Shown: positions 23,470-26,212 of the stretch, piece after piece
Layout of the letters: the number at the start of each line of letters is the position of its first letter
Position numbering within the stretch: the stretch's first letter is position 1
Source of the DNA: Candidatus Micrarchaeota archaeon
GTDB taxonomy: Archaea; Micrarchaeota; Micrarchaeia; CAILAH01
Direction of reading: 5' to 3'
Length of the DNA stretch: 26,212 nucleotides
NCBI GenBank assembly: GCA_026419815.1
Contig: JAOAKR010000002.1
Location: 1-26,212 of the forward strand
The notes under the pieces: model-generated
What the model was told of the DNA's origin: nothing
What the model saw: only the letters and a program-made list of their open reading frames with translations
Databases searched by the model: none
Translations under genes and position numbers: made by a program

Positions 23470-24798
23470 TCATTTTTTGAGCTTCCTGCTCGTGCACTTA
23501 AACCCTAACTTTCTGAGTGTGTCGCACTCGCGTGCGGCCAGCACCCCGTTCCTACATACAACCACATACCGCTTTGCCTTGTCAAGCGACCCGTAGTCAA
23601 TTGGGCCGTCATCAAGGCGGATTATAACATCATTATTGGAATTGCCGGTTGTTTTTGCACTCTCAGCGGCATTTGTAACTATGGATACATCAGTGCCTTC
23701 AACGTCCCCCCTTATTTTCTCATATTCCGCATCAACCTCCCTAACATCAGCACTCGTGGCGACACTTCCCTCTGAGATATTGCACAGCTCCCCCATAAGT
23801 ATTGAGTGCTCATAAGTGCCAATCCTCTTTGCCTCGCGTATGGTGTCTTCCTTTGTATACGCTATAAGCGGCCTCAGCACCAGGCACCCTACCCCATTCT
23901 CAATTGCAGCAAGGTTCCTTATGGTTTGCGTTGACACCTGGCCAACACTTTCCCCCGTTACAATTGCATCACAGCCGAGCTTTCTGCACAGCCGTGCAGC
24001 AAGCGCATAAAAGGTCCTCTTTAGGACTACCTGCCTCAACTGTGGCCTGACCTTCTCCCTTATCGCATCAACAATCTTTTTCCCGTCAGCACAGTAAAAT
24101 CCCAAATCACCGCCGAAGGCCCATTCACACGAAAGTTTCCTGTATGTCCCGTAAGCCAGCCCAAGCGTTTCCTCACCACCGAGGTTGACAAACAAGAATG
24201 CAGGGGTGCACCCCCTTCTCATCATCGCCCAGGCAGCAACAGGTGAGTCAATCCCTCCGGAAAACAGCACCACAACTTTGCCTTCTGAGCCGAGCGGCAG
24301 GCCGCCAGGCCCACCCTCCTTTTTTGTGTATGCATAAGCATGTTTGCCCCGCACCTCAACGAAGACCTCAACCTCATATTCCTTAAGGCTGACTTTACCG
24401 CCAGCATCGCACAATGCGGCGCCCACAACCCGTTGGATATCCATAGAAGTAAAGCCGTGCTTTCCCTCCCTGCTTGCAGTCACCCTGAACCGCTTTCCTG
24501 AAACACTTGCCCCGAACCTTTCACGCACCTTCTTTGCAATATCGTCAATATCTTTGAACTCAAAAGCATTTGCACGGGAAAAGTTTGCAATCCCAAACAC
24601 CTTTCCCAGCCGGCCGGCCAGGCATTCCGCCTGCTTTTTATCCTTAGGGACGACAACAAGTTTCCCGAACTCACCGGTAACCGCCGCATCTTTGCCGCAC
24701 GCGCGCCTTATGTTGCCGGCGAGTGTCCTGACCATTTGCGCGCGCACAGGCCTCCCCTTTATTGCAATCTCTGATGATGAGACGATGAACACATCCAT
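23470..24798 (-). CDS. thiI: tRNA 4-thiouridine synthase ThiI (THUMP + PP-loop + C-terminal rhodanese-like domain), 442 aa
   Basis: SEIAIKG, FGIANFS, THUMP FRVTASR, GPGGLPLGSEGK, LFSGGIDSPVAAW, GESVGQVSTQT, LRPL, C-terminal RYVVVCRNGV....LRKLGF. Start at ATG 24798. Confidence 0.92.
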   Translation of the reverse strand: MDVFIVSSSEIAIKGRPVRAQMVRTLAGNIRRACGKDAAVTGEFGKLVVVPKDKKQAECLAGRLGKVFGIANFSRANAFEFKDIDDIAKKVRERFGASVSGKRFRVTASREGKHGFTSMDIQRVVGAALCDAGGKVSLKEYEVEVFVEVRGKHAYAYTKKEGGPGGLPLGSEGKVVVLFSGGIDSPVAAWAMMRRGCTPAFLFVNLGGEETLGLAYGTYRKLSCEWAFGGDLGFYCADGKKIVDAIREKVRPQLRQVVLKRTFYALAARLCRKLGCDAIVTGESVGQVSTQTIRNLAAIENGVGCLVLRPLIAYTKEDTIREAKRIGTYEHSILMGELCNISEGSVATSADVREVDAEYEKIRGDVEGTDVSIVTNAAESAKTTGNSNNDVIIRLDDGPIDYGSLDKAKRYVVVCRNGVLAARECDTLRKLGFKCTSRKLKK

Positions 24799-24851
24799 GC
24801 TAAGACTGCTCACAGCAAACATAATAATTGTTATCTGTGCCAACTCTTCTG

Positions 24852-26212
24852 GTGTGCGGCATTGTGGTCGCCGAATCATCTGACCCTAAGCTGGGCGATT
24901 ATGAGCGGCTAGTTGCGCATAGGGGCACTTCAGGCAGGGGCGCATGTGCCGTTAGCGGGCTGCATTTTTTACACCATCTCCACTCAATAGTGGGCAATAA
25001 TGTCCTGCAGCCATTCAAGGGGAGGGGCATACTTGTTGCAAACTGCGAAATCTACAACTGGCAGTCACTCGGCATTAAATACGGGATTACTGCACGGAAC
25101 GATGCAGAGCTCCTGTTCAAGATTTTGGAATCCAGTGACGACCTGAGCGCATCACTTGCAGGCATAATAAGCGAGCTTGACGGCGATTTTGCCTGTGTAT
25201 ATTACAGGGACGGCGTGCTTTATGCCTTCCGCGATCCGCTGGGCGTAAACCCGCTCTTTTACTCGCTCCGCCCGCTCCTGTTCACATCTGAGCGCGCAAG
25301 CGATGCACAGCGTGAGCTTCACCCACGCACAATACTCACTTACAATACTAAGTCAGGCGAGCTGCTCACACAATACACAGATTTCTTTGCGCGCGCACCG
25401 CCTTCCCAAGAGATTGCCGAGCTCTTGGGCCGCGCAGTTGACAAGCGCATTCCAAACGCCAAGTCCGGCCTCCTGTTCTCAGGAGGTGTTGACTCTGCAT
25501 ATATTGCGCTGCGCCTGCACGAAAACGGGGAGGCACTGCGGCTTTACACTGCATATGTAGGCAGCGATTCGCAGGACGCCGCGCAAGCACGCAGGTTTGC
25601 AAATGACTACGACCTTGACTTGCACGAAGTTCCGATAAGCCTTGCCGAGGCGAAGCGTTCCCTAAGCGAAATCTGCCTTACTATACATTCATCCGACCCG
25701 GTGAAGGTAGGCATTGCGCTCCCGTTCCATTTTGCCGCAAAGGCGGCTTCCAGTGACGGGTGCAAAGTCCTGTTCTCTGGGCTTGGCGCGGACGACATAT
25801 TTGCGGGGTATGCCCGGTTCAAGGGCGGCGCAAGCTTGCGCGGGGAGCAGCTGAGCTCGCTGCGGTGCATCTATGAGCGTGACCTTTACAGGGACAATAC
25901 TACGTGTATGCATCACGGGATTGAGCTTCGTGTCCCTTATTTGGACCATTCCTTAGTGCTCGCGTCGCTGAATGCCCCTGAGCAGGATATAATAGACAAA
26001 AAGCCAATCCGCGCGCTCCTCAAGTCGCACTATAAGGCATCCGAGCAGTGCTACGCCCGCCCAAAGAAGGCAGCCCAATACGGCTCAAACTCAATGAAGG
26101 CCGTGCGCGCTCTCGCAAAAAAGACCGGTGCAAGTCCGAGCGTGCACTTATACTCGCTCTCAGGCATACGCAACCTCCGCCTTGGTGCGCTTTATACCGG
26201 CGGCAAGGACAG
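24852..26212 (+). CDS. asnB: Asparagine synthetase B-like protein (Ntn glutaminase + PP-loop synthetase) fused in frame to a second PP-loop domain (Dph6/diphthine-ammonia ligase-like); 3'-truncated
   Basis: Hand translation from GTG 24852, open to the window end: MCGIV, AHRG, NCEIYN, LDGDFA, RDPLGVNPLFY, LLFSGGVDS, SGLGADDIFAGY, ELRVPYLD, RPKKAAQYGS, then LGALYTGGKD(S) at 26181-26212. Confidence 0.85.
   Translation, partial: MCGIVVAESSDPKLGDYERLVAHRGTSGRGACAVSGLHFLHHLHSIVGNNVLQPFKGRGILVANCEIYNWQSLGIKYGITARNDAELLFKILESSDDLSASLAGIISELDGDFACVYYRDGVLYAFRDPLGVNPLFYSLRPLLFTSERASDAQRELHPRTILTYNTKSGELLTQYTDFFARAPPSQEIAELLGRAVDKRIPNAKSGLLFSGGVDSAYIALRLHENGEALRLYTAYVGSDSQDAAQARRFANDYDLDLHEVPISLAEAKRSLSEICLTIHSSDPVKVGIALPFHFAAKAASSDGCKVLFSGLGADDIFAGYARFKGGASLRGEQLSSLRCIYERDLYRDNTTCMHHGIELRVPYLDHSLVLASLNAPEQDIIDKKPIRALLKSHYKASEQCYARPKKAAQYGSNSMKAVRALAKKTGASPSVHLYSLSGIRNLRLGALYTGGKD

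Noticed and set aside
23357-23596. 79-aa plus-strand ORF after rtcA
   Set aside because: It overlaps the thiI 3' end in antisense, has no RBS and no protein-like signature.
24820-24970. GC-rich stretch ending GCATTTTTT that looked like a structured RNA gene
   Set aside because: It is the 5' coding region of asnB (GTG-TGC-GGC-ATT, MCGI) and has no T-arm.

Overview
Archaeal window. The gene content, archaeal TATA/GGTGA signals and intron-bearing tRNAs (including a non-canonical intron position) point to a DPANN lineage, probably Micrarchaeota-like; this is inference, no search was run. Housekeeping genes: topA, fibrillarin, orc1/cdc6, tyrS, rtcA, thiI, a PRC-barrel protein and a roadblock protein. 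The ORF track misses four things read manually: a >1126-aa Cys-rich beta-helix surface protein running off the left edge, an AsnB gene fused in frame to a second PP-loop domain (Dph6-like) running off the right edge, a 50-aa 80%-acidic microprotein, and two intron-containing tRNAs (Gly-GCC; Trp-CCA with a 164-nt C/D-guide intron plus a T-loop intron). Most unusual elements: (1) a 334-bp AT-rich cassette in which perfect 18-bp inverted repeats enclose a stand-alone Cas2/VapD-like gene; (2) a five-copy 85-89-bp tandem array built from a gene 3' end plus its T-rich tail; (3) a PAP2 phosphatase-dolichol/phytol kinase fusion; (4) the AsnB-Dph6-like fusion; (5) the hyperacidic microprotein; (6) atypical tRNA intron architectures. 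All functional calls come from motifs read by eye.
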